A stretch of DNA of 64,000 bases from an uncultured Steroidobacter sp. (GTDB lineage Bacteria; Pseudomonadota; Gammaproteobacteria; Steroidobacterales; Steroidobacteraceae), in contig CALLKK010000016.1 of NCBI GenBank assembly GCA_938008435.1, forward strand, positions 11,887 through 75,886, written 5' to 3'. This document shows positions 11,115-22,302 of the stretch, piece by piece (position 1 is the stretch's first letter; the number at the start of each line of letters is the position of its first letter). The notes under the pieces were generated by a model. The model was given only the letters and a program-made list of their open reading frames with translations, had not been told where the DNA came from and did no database searches. Position numbers and translations under genes: made by a program.

Positions 11115-11438
11115 GATAGAAAAACAGCCTAAGTCCTTGCCTCGTAAAAATACCTTGTGCAATAGTAGCCTACGTTCCGAGTGTCTCCTCGAAAACGGAA
11201 GGTGCGTCCGCGCAAGCTTGCGTCGGGCACCTTACAAGAACGAGCGCGGGCGGATGATACGAGCATTGGTCACTCGGCCCTGACAGTCGTTCCGCGATTA
11301 CGACATAAACGAGCTACGGCCGGCCATGCAGCGTAGCGCAAGGCTCTGAAAGACAAGCTCGTTGTGCTGCGGCGGGAATGGGGAATGTGCAGTTCGACGG
11401 GAAAAAAGGCCTTTTCTGCGGGGAATACCGCGATGGTA

Positions 11439-11485
11439 TTTCGTGAGGCTGCTCACATTCAACTTAACTCACCGCTGTATATAGT
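11439..11485 (+). promoter_or_regulatory. CRP/Vfr/Clp-like site plus -10 element upstream of pilM
   Basis: CGTGA-GGCTGC-TCACA (11442-11457) matches TGTGA-N6-TCACA with one mismatch and has AT-rich flanks. TATAGT at 11480-11485 puts the site centre near -41/-42. Confidence 0.6.
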
Positions 11486-11552
11486 TGCCGCTCGTGTTTC
11501 GTGCCCGATCTCTGATCGTGACCTAAGTGTCTGATCCAGAAGAGGAACTAGC

Positions 11553-12614
11553 GTGCTGTTTACCGCCAAATCCCGACCGCTGATCGGTTTGGACATCACC
11601 ACGTCGTCGGTGAAGCTGATCGAGCTCAGCATGAGCGGCGGTCAATATCGCGTCGAGGCGTACGCAGCCGAGCCGACCCCGCCGAACTCGATCAACGAGA
11701 AGGCGATCGTCGACGCCAGCGCGGTCGGCGAGGCCATCAAGCGCGCAGTAAAGCGCTCGGGCGCTCGCGCCAAGGACGCAGCCGTTGCCATCAGCGGCGA
11801 TGCCGCAATCACCAAGATCATCCAGATGCCGCGCACCTTGAGCGAAAACGAGCTCGAGGGGCAGGTGGAATTGCAGGCCGATCAGTACATCCCCTTCCCG
11901 ATGGAAGAGGTGAGCTACGACTTCGAAGTGATCGGCCCGTCCGAGAAGGACCCCGACATGCTCGATGTGCTCCTGGTCGCGACGCGCTCGGAGAACGTCG
12001 AGCAGCGCGTCGCCGCCTGCGCAGCCGCCGGGCTCACGGCGCGCATCGTCGACGTCGAAGCGTTCGCCCTCGAGAACGCCTGTCGTCTGTTGACGCATCA
12101 AATGCCCGATGGCGGCCTCGGTCGCGTCATCGCGGTCGTCGACTTCGGCGCGAGCAGCACGACCTTCAGTGTGCTGCGCGACCTGAAGGTCATTTACACG
12201 CGCGACTTCGCGTTCGGCGGCCAGCAGCTGACCGAAGAAATCATGCGCACGTACGGCCTCAGCATGGAGGAAGCGGGCCGTGCGAAGAAGGAAGGCGGGC
12301 TGCCCGGTAACTACGAATCCGAGGTGCTCGGCCCCTTCATCGACGACATGTGCCAGCAGGTGAGCCGCTCGCTGCAGTTCTTCCTCGCCTCGGGCGCCGG
12401 TCGCGAGCAGCCCGAGCAGATTCTCGTCTGCGGCGGCTGCGCCAACATCCCGGGCGCAGCGGAAATGATCCAGAGTCGCGTGGGCATCGAGGCGGTGCGC
12501 GGCGATCCGCTGGGGCAGATGAAGATCAGCCAAAAGGCGAAGGCTCAGGCCGTGAAGAAGGACGCCACCGCGTTGTTGACTGCCTGCGGTCTGGCACTGA
12601 GGAGCTTCGACTGA
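11553..12614 (+). CDS. pilM: Type IV pilus assembly ATPase-like protein PilM
   Basis: IGLDITTSSVKLIEL, YIPFPMEEVSYDF, VDFGASST; first gene of pilMNOPQ. Confidence 0.96.
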   Translation: MLFTAKSRPLIGLDITTSSVKLIELSMSGGQYRVEAYAAEPTPPNSINEKAIVDASAVGEAIKRAVKRSGARAKDAAVAISGDAAITKIIQMPRTLSENELEGQVELQADQYIPFPMEEVSYDFEVIGPSEKDPDMLDVLLVATRSENVEQRVAACAAAGLTARIVDVEAFALENACRLLTHQMPDGGLGRVIAVVDFGASSTTFSVLRDLKVIYTRDFAFGGQQLTEEIMRTYGLSMEEAGRAKKEGGLPGNYESEVLGPFIDDMCQQVSRSLQFFLASGAGREQPEQILVCGGCANIPGAAEMIQSRVGIEAVRGDPLGQMKISQKAKAQAVKKDATALLTACGLALRSFD

Positions 12615-12615
12615 C

Positions 12616-13218
12616 ATGCCAAGAATCAACCTACTTCCCTGGCGAGAAGCCGAGCGTAAGCGTCGCCGGCAGGAATTCGGTCTCGGCGTGGTCGCAGCCC
12701 TCGTGTTGGCGGGCATCATCGCTTTTGGCGTCAACCTGCAGATGCAGAACGCCATCGACAATCAGAACGAGCGCAACAACTATCTGAAGACCGAGATCGC
12801 CAATCTCGACAAGCAGATCACCGAGATCCTCGATCTCGAGCAGAAGAAGCAGCGCCTGCTGGCACGCATGCAGGTCATCGAGCAGCTCGAGCGCAGCCGC
12901 CCCGAGATCGTGCATGTCTTCGATCAGCTCGTGCGTACGCTGCCCGACGGCGTGTACCTGACCGAAATCAAGCAGACCGATCGCAAGATCCAGATCAAGG
13001 GCGTCGCCCAGTCGAGCACGCGCGTCGCATCTTATATGCGCAACCTCGATGCCTCCGAGTGGTTCGCCGATCCGGCGCTCACCATCCTCGAGACGAAGGG
13101 TGCGAGCGACGCCGGTTCCGAGTTCACGTTGACGGTCGTTCAAGAGAACGCGCTGCTGCCGAAGAACGACGAAGAGACGGATACGGTGGCCAGGGCAGCC
13201 AGGCCTCAACAGAGGTAA
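12616..13218 (+). CDS. pilN: Type IV pilus assembly protein PilN
   Basis: MPRINLLPWRE motif, single TM, coiled coil, LPDGVYL. Confidence 0.95.
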   Translation: MPRINLLPWREAERKRRRQEFGLGVVAALVLAGIIAFGVNLQMQNAIDNQNERNNYLKTEIANLDKQITEILDLEQKKQRLLARMQVIEQLERSRPEIVHVFDQLVRTLPDGVYLTEIKQTDRKIQIKGVAQSSTRVASYMRNLDASEWFADPALTILETKGASDAGSEFTLTVVQENALLPKNDEETDTVARAARPQQR

Positions 13219-13224
13219 GTCGCG

Positions 13225-13833
13225 ATGAGCAGCATTCTCGAACAGCTCAAAGACATCGACCCGAACGATCCGGGACGATGGCCGCTGCCGATTCGCTTCG
13301 GCGCCATCGGTTTGATTTTCCTGATTGCCGCCATCGTGCTGACGACTTTCCTGGCCTGGAAGCCGAAAAAGCCCGATCTCGATGCGGCGCGCGCGCAAGA
13401 GGAGCAGCTCCTCGCAACGCTCGAGCAGAAGGCAAAGAAGGCCGCGAACCTGGATGCTTACAAGGCGCAGCTCGCCGAAATGGAGCAGTCCTTCGGCGCG
13501 ATGCTGCGTAAGTTGCCGAATCAGACCGAAGTGCCGAGCCTGCTCACCGACATCTCGCAGCAGGGCGCGGGCGCTGGGCTCGATCAGAAGCTGTTTCAGC
13601 CGAACCAGCAGATCAACAAGGATTTCTATGCCGAACTGCCCATCAAGATGCGGCTGACCGGCACGTACCATGCGATCGGTGCGTTCGTGAGCGGCATCGC
13701 GGCGTTGCCGCGCATCGTCACGTTGCACGATGTCGAGATCAAACCCGTCGGCAAGACGAGCGGTATCGATGAGCTGCAGATCGATGTGACCGCGAAGACA
13801 TACCGCTACTTGGACGAGGAAGAGCAAACCTGA
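13225..13833 (+). CDS. pilO: Type IV pilus assembly protein PilO
   Basis: DPGRWPLP, TM, LPNQTEVPSLL, FYAELPI, LPRIVTL. Confidence 0.95.
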   Translation: MSSILEQLKDIDPNDPGRWPLPIRFGAIGLIFLIAAIVLTTFLAWKPKKPDLDAARAQEEQLLATLEQKAKKAANLDAYKAQLAEMEQSFGAMLRKLPNQTEVPSLLTDISQQGAGAGLDQKLFQPNQQINKDFYAELPIKMRLTGTYHAIGAFVSGIAALPRIVTLHDVEIKPVGKTSGIDELQIDVTAKTYRYLDEEEQT

Positions 13834-13873
13834 CGCACGCTGCTCTTGGCGCTAAGCACGAAACCGAACAGCC

Positions 13874-14383
13874 ATGCAAACCATCAGATCGACTCCGCTC
13901 CTCATCGCAGCGCTGCTTCTAGTCGGCGGCTGCGCGAGCGACATGGACGAGCTGCGGCAGAAGGTCGCGGACATCAAGAACCGGCCCGGCGAGCGCATCG
14001 AACCGCTCCCGGAGATCAAGCCGTACGAGGCCTTCACCTATCAGGCGAGCTCGCTGCGCTCGCCGTTCGTGCCGAGTGCGCCCGTGCGCGGCGATGGACC
14101 GAACGCCGTGCGTCCGGATGCCAAGCGGCCGCGCGAGTTCCTCGAGCAATTCCCGCTCGATACGATGCGCATGGTCGGCACGCTGCAGCTGCAGGGCCGC
14201 AACTACGGCCTAGTGCAGGGGAAGGACGGTCTCGTCCACCGCGTGCTGCCGGGTAACTACATCGGACAGAACGACGGCCGCATCGTCAGCATCACGAGCA
14301 ACCGAATTTCCATTATCGAGATCGTGCCCGATGGTCTCGGCGGCTACATCGAGCGACCAGCTGCGCTGGCGCTGACCGAGTGA
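13874..14383 (+). CDS. pilP: Type IV pilus assembly lipoprotein PilP
   Basis: Lipobox VGGC; RSPF; EFLEQFPLDTMRMVGTL; GNYIGQNDGRI. Confidence 0.95.
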   Translation: MQTIRSTPLLIAALLLVGGCASDMDELRQKVADIKNRPGERIEPLPEIKPYEAFTYQASSLRSPFVPSAPVRGDGPNAVRPDAKRPREFLEQFPLDTMRMVGTLQLQGRNYGLVQGKDGLVHRVLPGNYIGQNDGRIVSITSNRISIIEIVPDGLGGYIERPAALALTE

Positions 14384-14402
14384 TTCCAGGGAGTAATCAA
14401 GA

Positions 14403-16580
14403 ATGTCGTGCTCAATCCTCACGAAGCCTCTGACACTGCTGCGCAGCGGGCGTTCGCACCCGATTCAAGGAATCACGCTATTTCTTGCCGCGCTCTTCCT
14501 TGGAGCGCAGGTGCATGCGCAGACCAACCGGCTTGAAGGCATCGAGACCACGCCGCTCACCGGCAACAACGTGCAGCTGACCTTGCGCTTGAGCGACGAG
14601 GCGCCCACGCCGCTGTCCTTCACCGTGGATAACCCGGCGCGCATTGCGCTCGATTTGCCGAATACCTCAGTCGCGATGTCCTCGCGCCGCATCGACGTCA
14701 AGCAAGGCGTCGTCGACACCGTGAACGTCGCCGAAGCCAACGGCCGCACGCGCGTCGTGCTCAACGTCGATACGCTGGTGCCCTACGAAACCGAAGTGCG
14801 CGGCAACACGATCGTCGTGCGCGTCGGCGGCGCCGCGGGTGCTGCTGCACCGACGACGGCAGTCGCTGCCGCTGCGCAACCGGCACAGCGCGCTACGCGC
14901 GCCGTCGGCGGCGTCAACGTGGTCGAGAACATCGATTTCCGTCGTGGCGGCGATGGCTCCGGACGCGTGATCGTCGAGCTGTCGAATCCGCGCACGCCTG
15001 CCGATCTGCGCCAGGAAGGCGGGCGCATCATCGTCAATTTCGCGAAGACCTCGCTCCCCGAATCGTTGCAGCAGCGGCTCGACGTGACCGACTTTGCGAC
15101 GCCGGTCAATACGATCGACGTCATGCGCGTGGCCGATGGCGCGCGGCTGGTGATCGCCGCCACGGGCGACTATGAGCAGCTCGCCTATCAGTCGGACAAC
15201 GTCTACACGATCGAGGTCAAGCCGGTCGTCAAGCTCCCGCCCGAGCTGCAGGATGAGCGCGAGTACACCGGCGAGCGCCTGACGCTCAACTTCCAGGACA
15301 TCGAAACGCGCGCCGTGCTGCAGCTGCTTGCGGACACGAGCGGCCAGAACATGGTCATCAGCGACTCGGTGAGCGGCAACGTGACGCTGCGTCTGCAGAA
15401 CGTGCCGTGGGATCAGGCGCTCGACATCGTCATGCGCACGAAGGGTCTCGACATGCGCCGCGAGGGCAACGTCATGTACGTCGCGCCGGCGGCGGAGATC
15501 GCGGCTCGCGAGCGCGAGCTGCTCGAAGCGCGCGCGCAGGTGCAGGAACTTGCGCCGCTGCGTACCGAGTACCTGCAGGTCAATTACGCCAAGGCGAGCG
15601 ACTTGGCTCGTCTCATTAAGTCGGGTTCTGCAAACTCGTTGCTGTCCGAGCGCGGCAGCGTGGCGATCGACGAGCGTACAAATACGCTGCTGCTCCAGGA
15701 CACCCCGGAGCGTCTGGCGGACATCCGCCGCCTGGTGTCGACCCTCGACATCCCGGTGCGGCAGGTCATGATCGAGGCGCGCATCGTCATCGTGAACGAC
15801 GACTTCAGCCGCGAGCTCGGCGTGCGCTTCGGCACCACCGCGGCGTTCGACCACGGCGGCAGCGATGGCGGCGGCATCATCGGCGGCAGCCCGTACGTGA
15901 CCGAGGATGATGAATACGTCCTCACGCGTGCGCGTCCTGACCTGCGCGGCACGCCTGGCTTCATCCAGGGCGATCCGGATACGCGCTACATGGTCAATCT
16001 GCCGGTTCAGAACCCGGCGGGCCGCCTCGCCCTCACGCTGCTCGACTCCGATTACATCGTCGACTTGGAGCTGTCGGCCGCGCAGGCCGAGGGTCGCGGT
16101 GAGATCATCTCTTCGCCGCGCCTGATCACGGCGAACGCGCGCGAGGCGACGATCGAGCAGGGTGTCGAGATTCCGTATCAGGAGTCCGCGTCGAGCGGCG
16201 CCACGGCGACGCAGTTCAAGAAGGCGGTGCTGAGCCTGAAGGTGACGCCGCAGATCACGCCGGACAACCGCGTGATTCTCGACCTCACCATCTCGAAGGA
16301 CAGTGTCGGTCAGATGGTGCCGAGCGCCACCGGCGGCTTCGTGCCGAGCATCGACACCCGCGAGATCGTCACGCAAGTGCTCGTGAACGACGGTCAGACC
16401 GTCGTGCTCGGCGGCATCCTCGAGACGGAGCGTCGCGAGGCCGTGAACAAGGTGCCGGTGCTGGGCGACGTGCCGGTGCTCGGTCGGCTGTTCAAGCAGA
16501 CGAGTCGCACCGACAACAAGGACGAGCTCCTGATCTTCGTGACCCCGCGCATTCTGCGCGAGGGCGCCAACCTGTACTAA
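14403..16580 (+). CDS. pilQ: Type IV pilus secretin PilQ
   Basis: Two AMIN-like domains, YTGERLTLNFQDI, VPWDQALD, QVMIEARIV, VPVLGDVPVLGRLFK, ELLIFVTP. Confidence 0.96.
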   Translation: MSCSILTKPLTLLRSGRSHPIQGITLFLAALFLGAQVHAQTNRLEGIETTPLTGNNVQLTLRLSDEAPTPLSFTVDNPARIALDLPNTSVAMSSRRIDVKQGVVDTVNVAEANGRTRVVLNVDTLVPYETEVRGNTIVVRVGGAAGAAAPTTAVAAAAQPAQRATRAVGGVNVVENIDFRRGGDGSGRVIVELSNPRTPADLRQEGGRIIVNFAKTSLPESLQQRLDVTDFATPVNTIDVMRVADGARLVIAATGDYEQLAYQSDNVYTIEVKPVVKLPPELQDEREYTGERLTLNFQDIETRAVLQLLADTSGQNMVISDSVSGNVTLRLQNVPWDQALDIVMRTKGLDMRREGNVMYVAPAAEIAARERELLEARAQVQELAPLRTEYLQVNYAKASDLARLIKSGSANSLLSERGSVAIDERTNTLLLQDTPERLADIRRLVSTLDIPVRQVMIEARIVIVNDDFSRELGVRFGTTAAFDHGGSDGGGIIGGSPYVTEDDEYVLTRARPDLRGTPGFIQGDPDTRYMVNLPVQNPAGRLALTLLDSDYIVDLELSAAQAEGRGEIISSPRLITANAREATIEQGVEIPYQESASSGATATQFKKAVLSLKVTPQITPDNRVILDLTISKDSVGQMVPSATGGFVPSIDTREIVTQVLVNDGQTVVLGGILETERREAVNKVPVLGDVPVLGRLFKQTSRTDNKDELLIFVTPRILREGANLY

Positions 16581-16602
16581 CCCTCGGTCGGTATAAGATC
16601 GG

Positions 16603-16638
16603 AAACGAGCGGCCGCCTCCGGGCGGCCGCTTTCGTTT
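16603..16638 (+). terminator. Rho-independent terminator after pilQ
   Basis: GCGGCCGCC-TCCG-GGCGGCCGC then TTTCGTTT, with an A-rich 5' flank. Confidence 0.7.
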
Positions 16639-16655
16639 ATAGTGCCGCCAAGCTC

Positions 16656-17186
16656 ATGCACTCGGTCGATCACACCCTCAACGTCTTCCTCATCGGACCC
16701 ATGGGGTCTGGGAAAACCGCCGTCGGGAAGCTGCTCGCACGGCTGCTCCGGCTCGATTTCTACGACAGCGATACCGAGATCGAGCGAGCCACCGGCGTCG
16801 ACATCCCCTACATTTTCGAGAAGGAGGGCGAGAGCGGTTTTCGCGAGCGCGAGCGCGATACCATCGACTCCCTGACGCGCATGTCGGGCATCGTGCTCGC
16901 GACGGGCGGCGGCGCCGTGCTCCTGCCCGAGAATCGCGAGCGTCTCGCCGCGCGCGGGCGCGTGGTCTTTCTCGATACGAGCGTCGAACAGCAGCTCGAG
17001 CGCACGCGCCACAGCCGGCAGCGCCCGCTGCTCTTCACCGCGGATCCGGCGGCGAAGCTGCGCGAGCTCATGGAGTTGCGTCTACCGCTCTATCGATCGA
17101 TTGCGCACATCACCGTGCCCACCGACGGCCGGCAAGTGCGTGCGGTGGCGGACGAGATCGTTCAGAAACTCAAGGAGCTATCGTGA
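16656..17186 (+). CDS. aroK: Shikimate kinase
   Basis: LIGPMGSGKT, DSD, FEKEGESGFRERE, ATGGG, RPLL. Confidence 0.96.
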   Translation: MHSVDHTLNVFLIGPMGSGKTAVGKLLARLLRLDFYDSDTEIERATGVDIPYIFEKEGESGFRERERDTIDSLTRMSGIVLATGGGAVLLPENRERLAARGRVVFLDTSVEQQLERTRHSRQRPLLFTADPAAKLRELMELRLPLYRSIAHITVPTDGRQVRAVADEIVQKLKELS

Positions 17187-18283
17187 CGACGAGCGCTTCC
17201 AGCGCGCGTGAACGCATCGACATTGCGCTCGGCGAGCGCAGCTATCCGATCATCATCGGCTCGAACCTCATCGAGGACGCTGCGCTCCTCGACGCGCATG
17301 TGCGTGCGCGCACCGTGCTCATCGTTTCCAACGCCACGGTGGCGCCGCTTTACGCCGAAGCGCTCAAACGTTCGCTCGGCTCGCGACGCGTGCACGAAGT
17401 TATCCTGCCCGATGGCGAAGAGCACAAGACCCTCGCCACGGTCTCGTGCATCTTCGATGCGGCCATCGCAGGTCGTCTGAATCGCGATGCGGCGATGATC
17501 GCGCTCGGCGGCGGCGTGGTGGGCGACATGACCGGCTTTGCGGCCGCGTGTTATCAGCGCGGCATCGATTACATCCAGGTGCCGACCACGCTGCTCGCAC
17601 AAGTGGACTCGTCGGTGGGCGGCAAAACCGGCGTCAATCATCCGCAAGGCAAGAATATGATCGGCGCCTTTCATCAGCCGCGTTGCGTAATTGCCGATAT
17701 CGCCACGCTGCGCACGCTGCCCGATCGCGAATACCGCGCGGGGCTCGCGGAAGTCGTCAAGTACGGTTTCATCTACGACGCTGCGTTCCTCGATTGGCTG
17801 GAGCGCGAAGCCGACGCGCTGGCTGCGCGGCACGAGCCGGCCATCGTTCAGGCCGTGCGCCGCTCGTGCGAGATCAAGGCCGAAGTTGTCGCGGCGGACG
17901 AACGCGAGAGCGGCTTGCGCGCCATACTCAATCTCGGCCACACCTTCGGGCATGCAATCGAAGCCGCTGCCGGTTATGGATCCTGGCTTCACGGCGAAGC
18001 CGTCGCCGCTGGCATGGCGGTGGCTGCGGACATGTCCGCGCGCCTGGGCTGGATCTCGCAGGCCGACCGCGACCGTGCAGTGCGCTTGATCACCCGTTTC
18101 GGTTTGCCGACCGAGCCGCCGCGCATCGGCGCAGCCAAGGCACGCGAGCTCATGGGCATGGACAAGAAGGTGCTCGACGGGCGCGTGCGGCTCGTGCTGC
18201 TGCGTGCGCTCGGGCGCGCCGACGTCGTCGGCGACTATCCAAGCGAAACGTTAGCGGCTACGCTCGCAGAGCATTTCGACTGA
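17183..18283 (+). CDS. aroB: 3-dehydroquinate synthase
   Basis: [55 protein letters not shown]. Confidence 0.97.
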   Translation: MTTSASSARERIDIALGERSYPIIIGSNLIEDAALLDAHVRARTVLIVSNATVAPLYAEALKRSLGSRRVHEVILPDGEEHKTLATVSCIFDAAIAGRLNRDAAMIALGGGVVGDMTGFAAACYQRGIDYIQVPTTLLAQVDSSVGGKTGVNHPQGKNMIGAFHQPRCVIADIATLRTLPDREYRAGLAEVVKYGFIYDAAFLDWLEREADALAARHEPAIVQAVRRSCEIKAEVVAADERESGLRAILNLGHTFGHAIEAAAGYGSWLHGEAVAAGMAVAADMSARLGWISQADRDRAVRLITRFGLPTEPPRIGAAKARELMGMDKKVLDGRVRLVLLRALGRADVVGDYPSETLAATLAEHFD

Positions 18284-18305
18284 AACGGCCGGCGAATTCG
18301 ATGCC

Positions 18306-19466
18306 ATGACCGCAGCTGCTTCTCTTGCGCCTTACGCCGCTCACGATGCGGCGACGCGCGGCCGCCGCTATCCGGAACCGCCGCCTGGGCTGCGCAGCGA
18401 GTTCCAGCGCGACCGCGACCGCATCATTCATTCCAACGCCTTCCGCCGGCTCGTCTACAAAACTCAGGTCTTCGTCAATCACGAGGGCGACCTCTACCGC
18501 ACGCGGCTCACGCACAGCATCGAGGTCGCGCAGATTGCCAGAACGATCGCACGGGCGCTGCAGTTGAACGAAACGCTCGTCGAGGCAATTTGTCTCGCGC
18601 ACGATCTCGGCCACACGCCGTTCGGTCATGCAGGACAGGACGCGCTCAACGAGTGCATGCGCGCGTACGGCGGCTTCGAGCACAACCTGCAATCCTTGCG
18701 CGTGGTCGATGAGCTCGAAGAGCGCTACGCGGAGTTTCCGGGGCTCAATCTCACGTTCGAGACCCGCGAGGGCATCCTCAAGCACTGCTCGCTCGCGAAC
18801 GCGCGCCAGCTCGGCGAGCTTGGCGAGCGCTTCATCAAACGGCGGCAACCCTCGCTCGAGGCGCAGATCGCCAACGTTGCCGACGAGATCGCCTACAACA
18901 ACCACGATGTCGACGATGGCTTGCGCGCGGGCTTGATCGAGCTGAAGGATCTCGTCGATGTGCCGCTCTTCGCGCGGCAGCATCGCGCCGTGACGAGCGC
19001 TCATCCCAGTTTGGAAGGACGCCGGTTGATCCACGAGATCGTGCGGCGCATGATCAACCATGTCGTCTTGGACTTGGTCGAGACGACCGCGCGTCGCATC
19101 CGCGACGCCGCTCCCGCCGACATCGAAGCGGTCAGAGCGTTACCGACACCGCTGGTCGCTTTCAGCGACGCAGTGGCCGCAGAGCACTTGGAGCTCAAGC
19201 GCTTCCTGCGCGAGCATCTCTATCGTCACTACCGCGTGCTGCGAATGACGAACAAGGCCCAGCAAGTGATCCGCGGCCTGTTCGATGCGTTCTTCACGCG
19301 TCCCGAGCTCTTGCCGCCCGAACATCACGCCGCTGCGCGGCAGCTGGAAGGCCAACTTGGCGAGGCCGGCCGTGCACGTGCCGTCGCCGACTACATCGCC
19401 GGCATGACCGACCGCTACGCCATCGGCGAATACGAGCGCCTATTCGATCCCGCCAAGCGCAGTTGA
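18306..19466 (+). CDS. dgt: Deoxyguanosinetriphosphate triphosphohydrolase-like HD protein
   Basis: [69 protein letters not shown]. Confidence 0.92.
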   Translation: MTAAASLAPYAAHDAATRGRRYPEPPPGLRSEFQRDRDRIIHSNAFRRLVYKTQVFVNHEGDLYRTRLTHSIEVAQIARTIARALQLNETLVEAICLAHDLGHTPFGHAGQDALNECMRAYGGFEHNLQSLRVVDELEERYAEFPGLNLTFETREGILKHCSLANARQLGELGERFIKRRQPSLEAQIANVADEIAYNNHDVDDGLRAGLIELKDLVDVPLFARQHRAVTSAHPSLEGRRLIHEIVRRMINHVVLDLVETTARRIRDAAPADIEAVRALPTPLVAFSDAVAAEHLELKRFLREHLYRHYRVLRMTNKAQQVIRGLFDAFFTRPELLPPEHHAAARQLEGQLGEAGRARAVADYIAGMTDRYAIGEYERLFDPAKRS

Positions 19467-19524
19467 GACGACGGCGGCGGCAAGTGCGACAATGTCGCCG
19501 CGACAGCTCGCGAGAGGAGTTCCT

Positions 19525-20595
19525 TTGTCCCAGCTCAAGAACGATCTGCTGCTGCGCGCTCTGTTGCGCCAGCCGGTTGAACGGACGCCCGTTTGGATGA
19601 TGCGACAGGCGGGCCGCTATCTGCCCGAGTACCGCGCGACGCGTGCGCGCGCCGGCAGCTTCCTCAAGCTCTGCATGACGCCGGAGCTGGCCTGCGAGGT
19701 CACGCTTCAGCCGATCGAGCGCTATCCGCTCGATGCCGCGATCCTATTTTCCGACATCCTGACTATTCCGCATGCGCTCGGACTTGGCCTCGAATTCGAA
19801 ACTGGCGAGGGGCCGCGTATCGCTCGCCCGGTGCGCACTCGCGCCGACGTCGAGCGTTTGGGCGTTCCCGATCCCGAAGTCGAGCTGCGCTACGTCATGG
19901 ATGCCGTCCGGCTCATTCGCCGCGAGCTCGGCGGGCGCGTGCCGTTGATCGGCTTTGCCGGCAGTCCGTGGACGGTGGCGACATACGTGGTCGAAGGCGG
20001 CAGCTCGCGCGAATTCTCGATCATCAAGCGCATGATGTACGACGAGCCGGCGACGCTGCATGCGCTGCTGGCGCTCCTCACTCAGGCGACGTGCGACTAT
20101 CTCAACGCGCAGATCGCCGCCGGTGCGCAAGCGATCATGGTGTTCGACACGTGGGGCGGCGTGCTGACGCCGGCGCAATACCGCGCCTTCTCGCTCGAGT
20201 ACATGCAGCGCATCGTTGCGGGCCTGACGCGCGAGCACGAGGGCAGACGCGTGCCGATCATTCTGTTCACGAAAGGCGGCGGCGCGTGGCTCAAGGCGAT
20301 GAGCGAGACAGGCTGCGATGCGCTCGGCGTCGATTGGACGACGGATCTGGGCGATGCGCGCCGCGCGGTGGCCGATCGCGTTGCGCTACAAGGCAATCTC
20401 GATCCGAACTGCCTGTACGCTTCGCCGGAACGCATTCGCGAGGAAGTAGCGCGCGTGCTCGCGAGCTACGGCCACGGTCACGGGCACGTGTTCAATTTGG
20501 GGCACGGCATCCATCCTGCCGTGCCGCCCGAACACGCCGGCGCGATGATCGCCGCAGTTCACGAGCTCAGCCCGCAGTATCACCGCGGCGTCTGA
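19525..20595 (+). CDS. hemE: Uroporphyrinogen decarboxylase
   Basis: [39 protein letters not shown] start chosen because GAGGAG lies just upstream. Confidence 0.96.
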   Translation: MSQLKNDLLLRALLRQPVERTPVWMMRQAGRYLPEYRATRARAGSFLKLCMTPELACEVTLQPIERYPLDAAILFSDILTIPHALGLGLEFETGEGPRIARPVRTRADVERLGVPDPEVELRYVMDAVRLIRRELGGRVPLIGFAGSPWTVATYVVEGGSSREFSIIKRMMYDEPATLHALLALLTQATCDYLNAQIAAGAQAIMVFDTWGGVLTPAQYRAFSLEYMQRIVAGLTREHEGRRVPIILFTKGGGAWLKAMSETGCDALGVDWTTDLGDARRAVADRVALQGNLDPNCLYASPERIREEVARVLASYGHGHGHVFNLGHGIHPAVPPEHAGAMIAAVHELSPQYHRGV

Positions 20596-20600
20596 GTCGC

Positions 20601-22280
20601 TCAGGCCGCTGCGGTTTGCTTGCGCAGCTCTTCGCGTAGCGCGCGCCGCAGAATCTTGCCGACGTTCGTCTTCGGCAGCTCGTTTCTGAAGTACACGCGC
20701 TTCGGCACTTTGTAGCCCGTGAGCTCCTTGCGGCAGTGATCGATGATCTGCTGCTCGGTGACGTTCGGATCCTTTTTCACGACGAACAGCACGACCACTT
20801 CGCCCGAATGCTCGTCGGGCTGAGCGACCGCGGCGACTTCGAGCACGCCGGGATGCGTCGCGGCGACGGCTTCGACTTCGTTCGGATACACGTTGAAGCC
20901 GGAGACGAGGATCATGTCCTTCTTACGATCCTCGATGTACACGAAACCTTCCTCGTCCATGCGACCGATGTCGCCGGTACGCAGCCAATCGCCGAACATC
21001 ACCTTCGCCGTCTCGTCGGGACGGTTCCAGTAGCCGCGCATGACTTGCGGGCCGCGTACGCAGATTTCGCCGATCTCGCCGAGCGGCAGTTCGTTGCCGG
21101 CATCGTCGCGGATGCTGATCTCCGTCGACGGGATCGGCAGGCCGATCGAGCCGTTGTAGTCGTGCGAGAACGGATTGATGCAGGCGGCAGGCGATGTTTC
21201 CGTCAGGCCCCACGCCTGCGTGAGCACGTTGCCCGTCACCTTCTTCCACTGTTCCGCGACGGAGCGCTGCACGGCCATGCCGCCGCCGAGCGTGATGCGC
21301 AGCTCGCTGAAGTCGAGCTCGGCGAAACCTGGCGTGTTGAGCAACGCATTGAAGAGGGTGTTGACGCCGCTGATGTAGCTGAACTTGTACTTCTTGAGCT
21401 CTTTGACGAAGGCCGGAAAGTCGCGCGGATTGGCGATCAAGATATTGTGCGCCCCGAACTTGATGTACACGCTCCAGTTCGCGGTGAGCGCGAAGATGTG
21501 ATAAAGCGGCAGCGCAGTGATGATGGTTTCGCGTCCGGGCCGCGAGCTCGTGCCGATCCACGAGGCCGACTGCAGCACGTTGGCGACCATGTTCCGATGC
21601 GTGAGCATCGCGCCCTTGGCCACGCCGGTCGTCCCACCGGTGTACTGCAGGAACGCCAGATCCTCGTGCCCGAGCGGCACCGGATCGAACTTGAGATAAC
21701 GGCCTTCGGTCAGTGCGTCCTTGAAGGAAATCGCCTGCGGCAGCGACCAAGGCTTGACTTGCTTGCGAACGTGGCGCACGACGAGATTGACGAGCGTCGA
21801 CTTCGGCCACTCGAGCAAGTCGCCGACGGCCGTCACCAGCACGTGCTCGAGCTCGGTGTGCGCGATCACTTGCTCGAGCACGTGCGCAAAGTTCTCGAGA
21901 ATGATGATCGCCTTGGCGCCCGAGTCCTTGAGCTGATGCTCGAGCTCGCGCGCGGTGTAGAGCGGATTGGTATTGACGACGGTGAGCCCGGCACGCAGCG
22001 CGCCGAGCAGCGCGATCGGATACTGCAGCACGTTGGGCAGCATGATCGCGATGCGATCGCCCTTCTTGAGACGCGCGCTCTTTTGCAGCCAGGCGGCAAA
22101 GTCGCGCGCGAGTCGGTCGTACTCGGCATAGGAGATCGTCGTATCCATGCTCGTGTACGCCGGGCAGTCGGCGAAGCGCCGGCAGCTCTCATCCAGCATC
22201 TCCACCAACGAGTTGTACTCGTTGGGATTGATCTCGGCCGGCACGCCGGGCGGATAGTTCTTGAGCCAGATTTTCTCCAC
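20601..22280 (-). CDS. fadD: Long-chain fatty acid-CoA ligase
   Basis: WLKNYPPGVP, LQYTGGTTGVAKG, GLTETSP, LRTGD, DRKKDMILVSGFNVYPNEVE, GKILRR. GTG start at 22280. Confidence 0.93.
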   Translation of the reverse strand: MEKIWLKNYPPGVPAEINPNEYNSLVEMLDESCRRFADCPAYTSMDTTISYAEYDRLARDFAAWLQKSARLKKGDRIAIMLPNVLQYPIALLGALRAGLTVVNTNPLYTARELEHQLKDSGAKAIIILENFAHVLEQVIAHTELEHVLVTAVGDLLEWPKSTLVNLVVRHVRKQVKPWSLPQAISFKDALTEGRYLKFDPVPLGHEDLAFLQYTGGTTGVAKGAMLTHRNMVANVLQSASWIGTSSRPGRETIITALPLYHIFALTANWSVYIKFGAHNILIANPRDFPAFVKELKKYKFSYISGVNTLFNALLNTPGFAELDFSELRITLGGGMAVQRSVAEQWKKVTGNVLTQAWGLTETSPAACINPFSHDYNGSIGLPIPSTEISIRDDAGNELPLGEIGEICVRGPQVMRGYWNRPDETAKVMFGDWLRTGDIGRMDEEGFVYIEDRKKDMILVSGFNVYPNEVEAVAATHPGVLEVAAVAQPDEHSGEVVVLFVVKKDPNVTEQQIIDHCRKELTGYKVPKRVYFRNELPKTNVGKILRRALREELRKQTAAA

Positions 22281-22302
22281 GAGCTCCCCCTGACGAAGTC
22301 GC

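Noticed and set aside
18306-19466. dGTPase as a possible anti-phage nucleotide-depletion system
   Set aside because: It sits in the core aroK-aroB-dgt-hemE run with ordinary codon usage and no defence or mobile neighbours, so it looks like a housekeeping Dgt.
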